A stretch of DNA of 62,898 nt, the filler included, from Rhabdomonas costata (Eukaryota): NCBI GenBank assembly GCA_019059605.1. It is 56 parts of 56 records of this genome, joined end to end, with 100 filler letters (N's around TTAATTAATTAA, not from the genome) between each part and the next. Parts side by side here need not be neighbours in the genome. Positions count along the whole stretch, not along the records: positions 34,870 to 35,894 come from JAHMHO010032833.1; positions 35,995 to 37,019 come from JAHMHO010032834.1; positions 37,120 to 38,143 come from JAHMHO010032835.1; positions 38,244 to 39,268 come from JAHMHO010032836.1; positions 39,369 to 40,391 come from JAHMHO010032837.1; positions 40,492 to 41,516 come from JAHMHO010032838.1; positions 41,617 to 42,641 come from JAHMHO010032839.1; positions 42,742 to 43,766 come from JAHMHO010032840.1; 48 more parts are not named here. One strand, 5' to 3'. The notes beneath the pieces were generated by a model. That model made no database searches, was not told the origin of the DNA, and saw only the letters and a program-made list of their open reading frames with translations. The translations under genes and the position numbers were made by a program. Positions 35,500 to 47,414 of this stretch are shown here, piece after piece (positions within the stretch are counted from its first letter, which is position 1; each line of letters begins with the position of its first letter).

Positions 35500-36166
35500 C
35501 TGCGATAAGGGGGCAGGAAGTAAAGAAAAAGACAGCGGCAATGGTTGGAAGAAGAAACGCTGCGAAAAAGCATCCTCGGCATGCCGAGCAAGTACAAGTA
35601 CACCAACTTTTGAATCGGCATCGCTGTTTTCCTTCCGAGAATTGCCAAAAAAACACATGCTTCATCTCAAAAGTGTGAGGTTTTGAACAAAACCCTTACT
35701 TTATGCTTTAAGGCAACCGATGTTCGCAAAACATGGAAAATCACCTGAAGCACTGGTGCTCCCGTTAGGGAAAAAGGGCACCCGATGCGATGCACCATTC
35801 ACCAACACATGAATAAAAATCATTCGCAGGCACAGAGAACATTCAGGTCAAAAACGAAATCCCCTCCGCCACACCCACCCAAACACACCAACACNNNNNN
35901 NNNNNNNNNNNNNNNNNNNNNNNNNNNNNNNNNNNNNNTTAATTAATTAANNNNNNNNNNNNNNNNNNNNNNNNNNNNNNNNNNNNNNNNNNNNTTGTTT
36001 GGGTTTACTTTGTGTCCCTGCTGCTCTGGCCACCAAAGTAAACCCGAGCAACCTTAATGGATTCTCGCACGGTTTTTCCTCTCTTCGTATGTTTGGGTTT
36101 TGGGGGTTCCATAGGAATCTAGATGTTAGTATGCCAATCTAGAAGTTGGTATGGTCCACTTTTCAG

Positions 36167-36331
36167 CTCAACGGGGCCCTTCGAGGGGAAGTGAAGGAGG
36201 GAGCGTACGTGCACTCCGCGGAGCAGCTTCAGGCATGGAGGGAGGTTGCGCTGCACCTCCGTCGTGCGCTAGCTCAGCTGAAGCCCCTGAACGTCGCACT
36301 GTACCGGGGCATTGACTGCCACGTGTCCGAG
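36167..36331 (+). CDS. NAD:arginine-type (R-S-E clade) ADP-ribosyltransferase domain exon
   Basis: ttttcag|LNGALRGE...QLQAWREVALHLRRALAQLKPLNVALYRGIDCHVSE|gtattc; 165 nt; LN.ALR...L..AL..L.....YRG signature. Confidence 0.85.
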
Positions 36332-37119
36332 GTATTCCCGCCCTCCCTCCAACTTGAAATCGCAGGCAGCGTACCCACCAAATAATGACGTTTGTCTAGG
36401 GAAGGGTGGGGAGTACTTTTTATGAACAGTAACCCCCTGCGAGTCCAATAATGTGAATGATGATCGATGTATACGAGGATAATATCACTCAGTGATATCA
36501 CTGAATCGAAACGAGTTGTCTTTTTGGTCATCTTGGGACGCCAGAAGAGAAGTAGAATACAGTTAGAGAAGTAAATAACCCGTTGGTGGGACAGCATTGG
36601 TATAGTGGCACGTGGCACGGGTGAAGCGGGCTTCTGAGAGGAATATAGCTTGGAATGGGCACCTTATATGTTGGTTCTCAGTGACGCAGTGGAGTCGCAT
36701 GTTCTCCCAGTAATCCTTTTCACCAGTGGTAACTGCTACTACCGCTCCCCAACTCCAAAATATCACAGTTAGATGACAGACGCATTGCCCGTTTCGATCC
36801 CCCAAGCGCATAGAATTCCGGACCCTCGGCTGCCTTCCTCGACACAAGGCATTCTGAACGTTCCAAGTCTTTTCCATAGGGTTTTACTCACGTCACTCGA
36901 ATCGAAAAAATCATGCATCTTTGGGAGGCACAGTTTGCCCCGCCCCCCACGGCAATTTTCGCAACCACAGCCATCTGGACGAATGATACTTACATCTCCT
37001 ACGCCCGTCACTTACCCCCNNNNNNNNNNNNNNNNNNNNNNNNNNNNNNNNNNNNNNNNNNNNTTAATTAATTAANNNNNNNNNNNNNNNNNNNNNNNNN
37101 NNNNNNNNNNNNNNNNNNN

Positions 37120-37270
37120 AACACGCTGGCCGGGCGCACGGAAACCACCACGCAGCCCACCGGCGCGTCCCCCGCGGCTGGCCTCACCGCGGCCACCACC
37201 CCACCGCAGAACTCAGACGCGTTGAAGGTCTCCACTGTGCCTGCCGCCACCACGCTCAGCTCCACTGTCA
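37120..37270 (-). CDS. Probable extracellular-protein exon (partial)
   Basis: aatgcag|xTVELSVVAAGTVETFNASEFCGGVVAAV...VVVSVRPASV; GC-rich, resembles juxtamembrane domains of protist surface proteins. Confidence 0.3.
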
Positions 37271-38534
37271 CTGCATTGGGGTGGCAGAGCGATCGCAGCA
37301 GCGGGGACGATTGCAGGAAAGGGATTGTGAAACAGCCCGAATCAGCCGGAATCCGATCGAGAGGAGTGTAATCATTTTTTGGTTTGTTTCACTGATGATG
37401 TTCCCTTTTGTTGTTTTTCTCACCTCGCGAGCAGGCTTGAGTGAGATGAAAGAACAACCAATGCAGATGCAATAATGCTATTGCAGTTCTGGCATCTGTG
37501 ACCCGTTTCTTCTGTCAGCCTGATGCAGTTCCCGGTTAGCCTGCTAATGCCGCACGGACCGCAGGAAAGATCAACGATCAAGAAAAAAACGGAGAAACAC
37601 AACAAATGACATACCTGGTAGTTCTGACAATCTAGGGCGCCGAGGACTGATACTGCTAAGGCAGCACTAAATACAGCGGGCCGGCCTCGGCTATCCTTCC
37701 TCAGAATGCTTGATGGGATTACAAGAGCCCGACAACCGACTTTTTTGAAGAAAGAATAGTACGCGCCTGAGTCACCACCATCAAATGTTAAACGTTATCG
37801 TTATGGGTTGAACACCGCCAAACACGAAATAATTTGGCGCTTCGGGGAGGGGGGTTTGGTAAAGTGTACATATATTCACTTATTGATGTTATTTTTCCGA
37901 AAGGGATTTGGGTATGGTGTTCCAGTGTCCCTATATGGCGATTTTTAAGATTACATCGCTAATGTTGAACATTCAGCTAGATTAACGCAACCCCATTCAA
38001 CAGTAGTCCAAAAAACTTGCACACATGGGACGAAAGGGCGGAGCTGCAAAATGAGCAAAACGTGTTGTGAAATGTAGCTTAGCGCGGAACAGGTGAGAGA
38101 TGGGCAGTCGGCAACCAGCCAGCGCAGGCCACATACCAACGGGNNNNNNNNNNNNNNNNNNNNNNNNNNNNNNNNNNNNNNNNNNNNTTAATTAATTAAN
38201 NNNNNNNNNNNNNNNNNNNNNNNNNNNNNNNNNNNNNNNNNNNGGGTGGTGTGCTTGCATATGTTCAGCGCATGGTGGGTTGGCCCTTGTAATAAACTGT
38301 AGAATCCAACTCCTGGATGTATTTTTTCCCTGCTTCTGTTTGCTTGCGTCTGTGATGGAAGAGGGATGGGCATAAATCCAATATGGGACGCGCAGGAGTG
38401 TAAACGGCAACAGGTTTTGCATCACCACATGAAGCAACAGAAAAAGGAGAGCCATTGCCCATCGCCCAGCCCCCCCATCCACGTGTTTTTCTCCACTCAT
38501 TGCCGCGGTTATGCCCTCCCCACATTTCTCGCAC

Positions 38535-39268
38535 CTCGAGGTCCTGGCGAGTCTGCGCCAGCTGCGTGGCGGACTGCTGGAGCTTCTGCTGCTTCTCCAG
38601 AGCCTCGGCCTGAGCGCGTCCCACGACCTTGGACGCCTCCTCCAGCCTGAAATCACGGCACAGGGGGCAAAGCCGAGAAAAGCCTGAAGTAAGGGACTGG
38701 GTACTCCCGTGTGCTTCGCATTTCGAGACTCAAGAATCAAACTGAAAGCTTTCTTCTCTATTCTTTCTGTCGCGGAGTGACCCAGTCCACGTTTTACTTG
38801 TTTTATTGGTATATGAGCGAAGCAAGGCACCACTCCACTGGCCAATCGTGCCGAAGCACAGTGCTTCCTTCTTCAGAGTCAATCAACCAATGCCGACCAA
38901 CCAAGGAATATCATGCCGATGGCTGCCTCGACCATTCGGTCCACCCGAATCCGCCTGATGACGAGGATTGCATCAAAAGAGAAGACTCACAAGCACCCAC
39001 GCAGCGGGCGTCTTAATTTAGGGGCTTCTTTCCCTCATCGCTCTCCTTCACGTTTCTGTGTATGTATGTATGTATGTGTGTGTGTTTCTTTTCCGTCTTT
39101 TCGTCGCACAAACATACACAAACGCCAACAAACAAACACAACTGTCCCTAAGTCAAAGAAGAAAGCACGCAAACACACAGACAAACCGGGCCTCCATCTC
39201 CGCTGCTCGGGCGTTGGCCGCAGCGAGCGCGGCGAGGTCCGCCTGGGACTGCTCCGCCAGCGCGGCCA
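38535..39268 (-). CDS. Coiled-coil protein; exons 39187-39268 and 38535-38646
   Basis: In-phase splice (CG|G = R): ...AANARAAEMEARLEEASKVVGRAQAEALEKQQKLQQSATQLAQTRQDLE|gtgcga. Confidence 0.7.
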
Positions 39269-41040
39269 NNNNNNNNNNNNNNNNNNNNNNNNNNNNNNNN
39301 NNNNNNNNNNNNTTAATTAATTAANNNNNNNNNNNNNNNNNNNNNNNNNNNNNNNNNNNNNNNNNNNNTTTTGTTTTTTCTCTTCTCCTCTCGTCTTGTC
39401 TCGTCTTCTTCTCGTATCGCTGCGACTCGCACTTGCATTTTGCTGTGCCTTCGGTCCCCAGGTTCCCAGATCTCCCACAATGGGAAATCCCCCGATACGA
39501 AGCAAGACCATCCATGACGTCGTTCTTGGCTACAACGGTGACTGCTTTTTATCCGCTGCGTTTTTCTTGTTGGGTCAGTGACATCTCAAGGGCAGAGGCT
39601 CTTCTTCTCAGCGATATCAGCCATTAACCTACTTCAAATCTTCTCTGCTTTAGCGTTTCCGCAGTTACAGTGGGTCTGAAAAACGCGACCTTACTTCCCC
39701 TAGTTTTTGATGTGTGCTAATCTGAAATCTGTTACTAAACTTTTTGCCTATGTTTCAAACGCAAACGAGTGGTAATGAATATATCATCTATCCTTCTGTT
39801 TTGCGGGTTGAATATGAGGAGGCTCTCGCCGTTGAGGAATCTTTGTGATTTTGTGGTTGTCAGCTCAGATGAGAATGGAATGAGAATCACCCTTCTCTTT
39901 CTTTTTTTTGTCTCTTTTTATTCTGCATCAGTCTGCAGCCTTGCGCTCACCTCGCACTTTGTGCTGCGGATAAGCGCTGTGACGATGACATTGTTCCACT
40001 TCGGGAAAAGGTCCAGCTCCAGGAACTACTGCAACACGGTGTGTGCGGTTGCTGGGATTCCTGTGTTTGCTTGATCAGTCCGATCTGAACGATGACTTTT
40101 TTACTCGCGGGGTTTCCAGGCTGCCATTCAGGATCTCACGGTGCACTTCTTTACCGACTACGAGGTGGAGTCCTCCAGAGGTGTGTATTGGTCATCGTAT
40201 GGCAACAATTTGTCGTTTTGACTCATGTTCTTCTGACGTTCCATTCTGATTCTGCTGCCGTGCGCAGGACAACGCCCCCCGGTGACTCATGTCATCGCCA
40301 GCTCACGTGTTCAGGTTCATGTCCCCGCGCATACACAAACACACACCGCGTTGGGTATTGGTACAACTCTCTCTCTCTCGTCACAAACACANNNNNNNNN
40401 NNNNNNNNNNNNNNNNNNNNNNNNNNNNNNNNNNNTTAATTAATTAANNNNNNNNNNNNNNNNNNNNNNNNNNNNNNNNNNNNNNNNNNNNTTTTTGTGT
40501 GAAGCTGACGATAAACCTCACTGAAATCGTTTGGAAACAGAGCCACTATGCTGTCGAGAAACCTTCCGCTGCGGTGGGGGCTAGAAGAAAAATGGAATAA
40601 GAGAGAGCAACCCAGTAGACCTGAATGCAAGAGAGGGAGATGGACAGCCCAACCGAGTGTTTCGGGGGGGGGGGCACTGCATGCAACCAAGGCTCATCAT
40701 CGTATTGGAAGCAACTCAGCCTAAGGAATGCAAGTCAGAGAGAGAAGAATAAGGAACCGTGCAAAAAAATGCTCCGACCGCAACATTCAAAGGGTTCCCT
40801 TCTCACTGCAGGTGGACAGAGTTTGCAGTGAGAAGGGAACGAAGTTACGTGGACAATTGAAACTGCCTGCAAACAACCATCCAAAAATCTAAAGAGTAGG
40901 GCTGCTACCTTGAATTTTGCTCGCTTTCAAAACATTTCATTACGTCCTGCCCCCTCCAGGGCGTTGTTCTGACGCGAGAATGGCAAAGTACGACGAGGGG
41001 AACAACCCACACCATATGTCACCGCCCTCGCTGTGGTTAG

Positions 41041-41404
41041 GTGCCCGCGTGAACCAGGCCACGATAGTGGACGGTACAAGCCCCCTTTACGTCGCCTCGC
41101 TGAATGGCCACCACAAGGTCGCCGCGTTACTTCTGCGAAAAGGTGCTTGTTTGCCTGAGATCTTCCCTCGGCAGAGAAAGAAGTGGCCAGCGCCCTTCCC
41201 CCCTCCCAAAGAAAGCAACGGTCACTGAGGAGGGAAGGAAATGCCTCCAAAGTGAACGCACTCTTTTTTCCCGAGAATGCACGTTTCTGTGTATGTTTGC
41301 AGGCGCCGGGGTGAACCAGGAGAGGGTGGATGTCGGCGCCACTCCCCTGTTTGTGGCGGTCCAGAAGGGCCACTTCTCTGTTGCGGCGCTGCTGCTGATG
41401 AAAG
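41041..41404 (+). CDS. Ankyrin-repeat protein; exons 41041-41142 and 41303-41404
   Basis: GARVNQATIVDGTSPLYVASLNGHHKVAALLLRK and GAGVNQERVDVGATPLFVAVQKGHFSVAALLLMK; each exon is 102 nt, phase 1-1. Confidence 0.92.
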
Positions 41405-42311
41405 GTACTAATATGTCAGTGGGATGGTGATGGGGTGATATTATTGGCTGTAATAATCTGTGCTATGTCGCTCTGTGCGCCATGTCTCACCGAACCGGGA
41501 CGCTTACCACAAACAANNNNNNNNNNNNNNNNNNNNNNNNNNNNNNNNNNNNNNNNNNNNTTAATTAATTAANNNNNNNNNNNNNNNNNNNNNNNNNNNN
41601 NNNNNNNNNNNNNNNNTTGTTTGTTTTCATGTCATCGGAGGATGGGAGCATATCGAAAGCGGAGACAGGTGAGCGCCATGTTTCCCGTGCCTTTCTCCAA
41701 ATGTTTATTTTACGAGGATGCGCGAGCCGATGACAGCAGCGATCATTACGATTGGTAAAAAGGAAAGAAAGCATCCTTTCCCTGAATTTTGTAATTTTCT
41801 TACTTTCCTTGCTGACGCGTTTTTTTTGCTTTCCTTATTCTTTCAAATCAGCAAAAGCCTCTTTTACATTGTGCCTTTTCTTGTTGTGCACCTTTTTGTC
41901 TGCAGGACCAGGTCTTCCGGTTAAAGGAAATGGCAGACGGTGAGCCGGTTAGCGTGTGCAATGTGTAAGTGTTGTCTGTCTTATGTGCTCGTTTGTGCTT
42001 GTTTGTGTGTGTTGGTGGGCGGAGCGTTTGCTTCGACCATGTGCAGGGTTCGCTTTCTCTTTTTCGTTCAAAACTCTACTTCTCAGAATGGCTCTTGACC
42101 AGACGTTGCCCCGCATCCTTTTAAACGCGAATCGCTGGGGTTTCCAGGTCATGTTTTATGAGTTCCATTGTCTGGGCAGGGGCACCCCTCGCTGTTGTTG
42201 CTCGCAGCGGAGAGGAGTCTAGCATGCACACGCGCAATTAAAGTACACCTGCCCGTCCATGTTTATTCACACACGCCTGACCCGTTGGGTCTCTGGGGGT
42301 TCCATTTGCAG

Positions 42312-42461
42312 GCCGACCTGCATCCCTGTATCAAGGTGTTCAAGGTCTGCAAATTTGGCTCCCAGTGCAAGTTCGCGAAGTTTCCCCGAGCGGCTTGTCT
42401 GTGGTGCCTCAAGGACCGCTGCAACGGTTACAGAGGAGAGAGCTGCTGGATTGCTGCGCAG
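42312..42461 (+). CDS. Cys-rich zinc-finger-like exon
   Basis: tttgcag|ADLHPCIKVFKVCKFGSQCKFAKFPRAACLWCLKDRCNGYRGESCWIAAQ|gtgcaa; PC......C..G..C..A..P...C...L...C recalls CCCH-related motifs of kinetoplastid proteins (from memory, unverified). Confidence 0.55.
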
Positions 42462-45031
42462 GTGCAAAAGGGGTACACACAACCAACAACATCCGCGTGC
42501 CCATTCTGCCTTTGGTGATTTCACCCCCCCCCCCCTCCGAGAAATGACAAACGTTGTCTGATGGCGGACTGTATAAAGATCGAGCAATCTCCGTGTATGT
42601 CTATGCTAAATCAGCCGGGCTGAACGTCTTGCATAACATTTNNNNNNNNNNNNNNNNNNNNNNNNNNNNNNNNNNNNNNNNNNNNTTAATTAATTAANNN
42701 NNNNNNNNNNNNNNNNNNNNNNNNNNNNNNNNNNNNNNNNNGTGTTTTGTTCCGCCGCCTGTTGCCCTGCTCGGGGCCTTTGTTGCTCGCCCACGGATTC
42801 AGGCTGGCTTTGGCTCTGCTTTCCGTCCGCGCCACTTTGGCCGAGGGGCCATCCACAGCGTCGCGGCTTTTCCGAGCGAAGGGATAACTAAAACTGCGGA
42901 GGGGGGGGGCAAGACGTCCCACACCAACGCAATTGATCACGCCATGGAAGTGGCTTTGCCGGGCTGTTGTGGTGGCTTCGTGTAATAACGGCAACAGTTG
43001 CAGCACAGACTCAACGGCAAACACCTGAGCAATATCCCTTTCCCTTGAGGCGGCGGATAAAGGAGTGGCACAGAATAAAGCAAGAGGCAACCAGTGCCGA
43101 GCTGAAGTTGCATATTACGACCCGGCGTGGGCACTCACAGCAGTTGTTGTGTGCCTGTCTCGTTTTACGAGCGCCCAGAGGCAAGAAAAGTTTTACACGC
43201 CCATGGCAACCCACGACGAGTTGGGAGTTTTGCATTACGTGGTTGATATGAACATGCTCCAAAAACTAAGACCGATGCACTCCTTTTGCTGAGAAGCCCT
43301 TCTTGGTGCCAAACGTATCAACAAACCAGAACCACGGGAAGGTACAGACACACAGGCAGCACCACGGCCTGACGTCAGCTTAGGAAGAAAATATGTCACA
43401 GAGAGGCAACTAACAAACAATCCGAACATAAACAGGCAATAAAAAACAGCCAACACAAAGCGGACAATGGTTCGACAAAGATTTTAACACACGTATGGAC
43501 AACATTGGAGAAGCACACATAACAAACCACGGAAGAACACTCCCACGATCGAATGCCTATTGTCGTGCCCTGAAAGAAAGCACAAAAAACAGCTGTTTCG
43601 CGGCTTCAAAGACGACATCGCTCATCATATGTGCATACGCGTCCACACTGGTGAAGAAGGCGAATAGGAAATCACTCAATTCGAAAAGTGCCCCCCACGT
43701 GCACACCATTTTTGCTTGTTCACATGTGCCTCGTGCAAGTATATGCCACTGCTACTACCAAACACCNNNNNNNNNNNNNNNNNNNNNNNNNNNNNNNNNN
43801 NNNNNNNNNNTTAATTAATTAANNNNNNNNNNNNNNNNNNNNNNNNNNNNNNNNNNNNNNNNNNNNTGTGTGGGGGGTGGCAGTGTACGACCGCGGAAGG
43901 TTGGGTACCCACAAAGAGATCTCTAAACGCGCCAATCGGGGTTCCCAAGGCCCCGTTTACAATATGATCAGGCGTCAAGTGGGTTAATCAACCCTACGTG
44001 ACACGAGAGAGGGGCAAAGCATCATTGGGCCGACATGGGTGTGAGCACTGTGGGCCCATCAAAAGGTGGAAGCCCAGGGGGGTTGTTGAACCTCAAGTCC
44101 TCCGCAGAATTCACCAAGTACTGGTTTCCCTTTCTTCATTGTCTTTCTACATGAGTACATACAGCTAGATCCAAGTACCTCAAGGTGTCCAAAGTCCGGC
44201 ACAACATGGAAGAAGAGTGGAGAATTGGGAATAATGTAGCAGAGGGAAAAGCAGAGGACGCAGAGTAGTGGGAGTGCACGAAACAGCACCACCAACCACC
44301 AACCATGGAACCCTGGGAGTTGGAGAAACGGGGGCGTTTCCTGTGCAAAGTGTGTGTATATGTGCGTGTTTGTGCACGATATCATAAATGTGGCTGCACT
44401 GCCTTTTGCAAGGGAAAAGTGTTTTCTGCACCCATGCACCAGAGAAACCTGCCCCCAAAAAGGCGGATCTCTTTTGGGAACTGTCCGCGAGAAAACGTTG
44501 CACACATCAATACCTACGGTCACCACGCAGTGTAGGTGCTCGTGAACTGAAGAGCCGTGCGCCGGAAAGGCCAATGTCCCCCTGCGATACGGGTGTCTAT
44601 CTTTCTCATCCTACCACTACGTGGTGGTTATGTGTGTGCTACGGTGTTGCAGGTGCAGGCTGCGGGAAACCGAGCAGATCAGTATTGCGAGGTGTGCTCT
44701 TGTTGTTTTTCTTGGTTAGGTTCGCCACGGGAATGCACATTCGTCCCAGAGGCCCGGAACGCAATAAATGAAAATACTGCATAAATGAGTGCGGAGCGTC
44801 GTCCGCTCTTTTTTTTTTTTGTGTGTGTGTACGGTCCTCTGGGACGAATGTGCATTCCCGTGGCGAACCTAACCAAGAAAAACACCAAAACNNNNNNNNN
44901 NNNNNNNNNNNNNNNNNNNNNNNNNNNNNNNNNNNTTAATTAATTAANNNNNNNNNNNNNNNNNNNNNNNNNNNNNNNNNNNNNNNNNNNNTGTGTGTGG
45001 GATCAAATTAGTGATTGGCTCTTCCAAGCAG

Positions 45032-45540
45032 AATGAACCTGAGAAGATTTTTGATGAAGGCCTTTGAGATTGGCGATGGGTGGGGTGACCAGGTGACTGT
45101 CGATGGAGCGCTTAGTCCCATTTCTGTGACTATCGGAGATTTCTGCTACGAAGTGGTGAGCGGCTCAATGGGGCCCTCTGTGCGAATGCCCGCGGACTGC
45201 GTCCACTTGGCGGAGCAGTCCGACATTGAAGAGTTTCTGCAGGTCGGCGTGTTTTCGTGATTTCCCAACCTCACCTTCTCTCGAACCTTGCTGTGACGGC
45301 AGAGAGAGCTGTCCTTCCCGGAACTGTTATGTGGGCCTGTGTCTTTTCATTATCGGAATTTGGAAGGCGATCGGGACCGACCCTCTGGAGATTGGATTTT
45401 ATACCTCATTTAGAGTTTCCTTTTTTACAGGCTTGCTGCAGCGCCAATTATTTCTTTCGCGCTCGGCTGGATTCTGAGCTGGCTAAGGTGGAGCTGTTCT
45501 TTGTGCAACAGCTGCTGACGGAGATGGTGAGGATGAACGA
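45032..45540 (+). CDS. SPX-domain-like protein; exons about 45032-45242 and 45431-45526/45540
   Basis: In-phase exons; FFRARLDSELAKVELFF matches the SPX helix FF..LD.EL.KV..F(Y/F). Confidence 0.6.
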
Positions 45541-46151
45541 GTGTGACCCATGCGCACTAGCGTGTGGCCAGTTTTTTGCATAAATGCAGTTGACAAAACT
45601 CAAAATTAAAACATTCGTAAAAAAAAGAAGAAGAAGAAGTAGTAGTAGTAGTAGAAGAAGAAAGGCAAATGAATCTGCAGTTTAGCTCCTCTAACCCTCC
45701 AACCCAAAACTGCGCACGTACTGTATACGTATCTCAACATTGACTTTTCGGAGGATGGAATTCGATTCACCGCCACCATAGCACTACTGAAGGAGTTCCA
45801 GGAGCCCCACAACCCTGTTCCAGACCTGAATGACTGGGATGACATGGTTGTCCTTCTTGCAGCAGTACTCTCGGAATAGAAACCAACTTTAAATTAGTCA
45901 ACGTTTTATCCGCTTATGCCCAAAGACTCTCTTGCCGTGACTTCTCAGAACAACTTCATTCTTACAGTTGATCGCTGTACCACCACTTATTTCGCTCTCC
46001 ACTTTTACAACCCCACNNNNNNNNNNNNNNNNNNNNNNNNNNNNNNNNNNNNNNNNNNNNTTAATTAATTAANNNNNNNNNNNNNNNNNNNNNNNNNNNN
46101 NNNNNNNNNNNNNNNNTGTGTGTGGGTGATGGAGTGAAGAGAGAAACAGAC

Positions 46152-46780
46152 CTGGGAGGCCCACGTGGCGAAAATGGGGTCGCAGGGTCCAGGGTCGGGT
46201 ACATTCTCCTTGTATTCCGTGACAACTCGCAAGTCCGGGAGCATGGCCGCCAGCATGGTGTGCATCTGCACCACGCCCTGGTTGTGCTTCCTGAGGGGGA
46301 GCAAAAACTTATGTGGGAAAGAGCACCGCAAAAAGTGCAAAAGAGAACAAAGCACCTCAGCAACCGGACCAGTATGTGCTTCAATGTGTGCCGGAAGCCT
46401 GAGCACCTCGGCCATCTTGTTTCTCTCAAGACTTTTTCAAATTAGTTCGAAGTTGGCCTTTTACCCGCGCGCAATGTCTTGCATACAAACAAATACAGAA
46501 TATCGGTAATTAACGGTTAATTAATTAAATTATCAATTATCTCCTGTTTCTTTTCACTTTTTGTGCAATGAGCAGGAGGCACTATAAGCCACATTAAAGT
46601 GCCGCAATGGTGGTTAAGTGCCGATAAAGGAGGTGGGGAAAGGGGGGACCAGGTCCAGCCCATGTCGGTGGTGGAGGTATAGTACACAAAGCCCGCCCGG
46701 AAAACGGCTGGCAGCTCCGTTGGTGCGGCCGGGGCCAGCCACCACGCACACACAAAAACCCAAACAAGATACCACCTCAT
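46152..46780 (-). CDS. Signal peptide plus Bmp (basic membrane protein) solute-binding domain; exons 46650-46780 and 46152-46290
   Basis: MRWYLVWVFVCAWWLAPAAP...FRAGFVYYTSTTDMGWT(W)KHNQG...VVTEYKENVPD; splice TG|G = W; matches the Bmp N-terminus GF.Y.....D.GW...H..G...ENV. Confidence 0.8.
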
Positions 46781-47337
46781 TCGATGGGCCCAGAAAAAAC
46801 GAGGGGGAAGGTGGAAAAAAGCATTGCGATCGGAAAAAGGTGTACAACTCCGACCGTGAACCCGAGGTAAGGAAAAAGGGAAGACACTAAGGACAATCAA
46901 AGTGAAAGAAATTCATCTGGGACCAAGCATACAGGTCAAGCATATGGTATGCAGTGGACAGGTACCGCTGGAAGGGAGGAGAAATCAAACGAGACAAGCT
47001 TCCCCATCACATTTTACATTGGAAAGATGCATGCACACGAGCTGCATGAAATACCCAGTGGTACCGAGCCTCAGGATGTGAAAAAATAGGCCTTGCCTGA
47101 ACTTTTGTGCGAAGGACTAATAATCAAAGGCCAAAACCCCCNNNNNNNNNNNNNNNNNNNNNNNNNNNNNNNNNNNNNNNNNNNNTTAATTAATTAANNN
47201 NNNNNNNNNNNNNNNNNNNNNNNNNNNNNNNNNNNNNNNNNTGTGGTGTGGGACGAAGCCCCGGAAGGGTAAAGAAATAGGGAAGGAAGATAGAGGAAAA
47301 ATAGCACTGCCCAGAGGTGGGGGTCACGGGAAGAAAC

Positions 47338-47414
47338 CTGAACTGCAACCCAAACAGCATCGCCCGGCTCGTGGGCACCCGCTTCAGCTGACGAGCAACA
47401 ATCCGTGACAACAT
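47338..47414 (-). CDS. First coding exon resembling a mitochondrial presequence
   Basis: caacacaATG MLSRIVARQLKRVPTSRAMLFGLQFR|gtttct; Arg-rich, no acidic residues; upstream ttcctcagcag acceptor. Confidence 0.5.

Noticed and set aside
39462-39537. TIHDVVLGYNG, similar to a kinesin motif
   Set aside because: Too short, and no following P-loop exon in the contig.
44704-44884. Perfect 49-bp inverted repeat (44704-44752 / 44836-44884)
   Set aside because: Same contig-end geometry as the other fold-backs.
46517-46528. Internal TTAATTAATTAA without Ns
   Set aside because: Lies in an AT-rich intron whose flanking exons splice in frame; treated as chance, not a hidden join.
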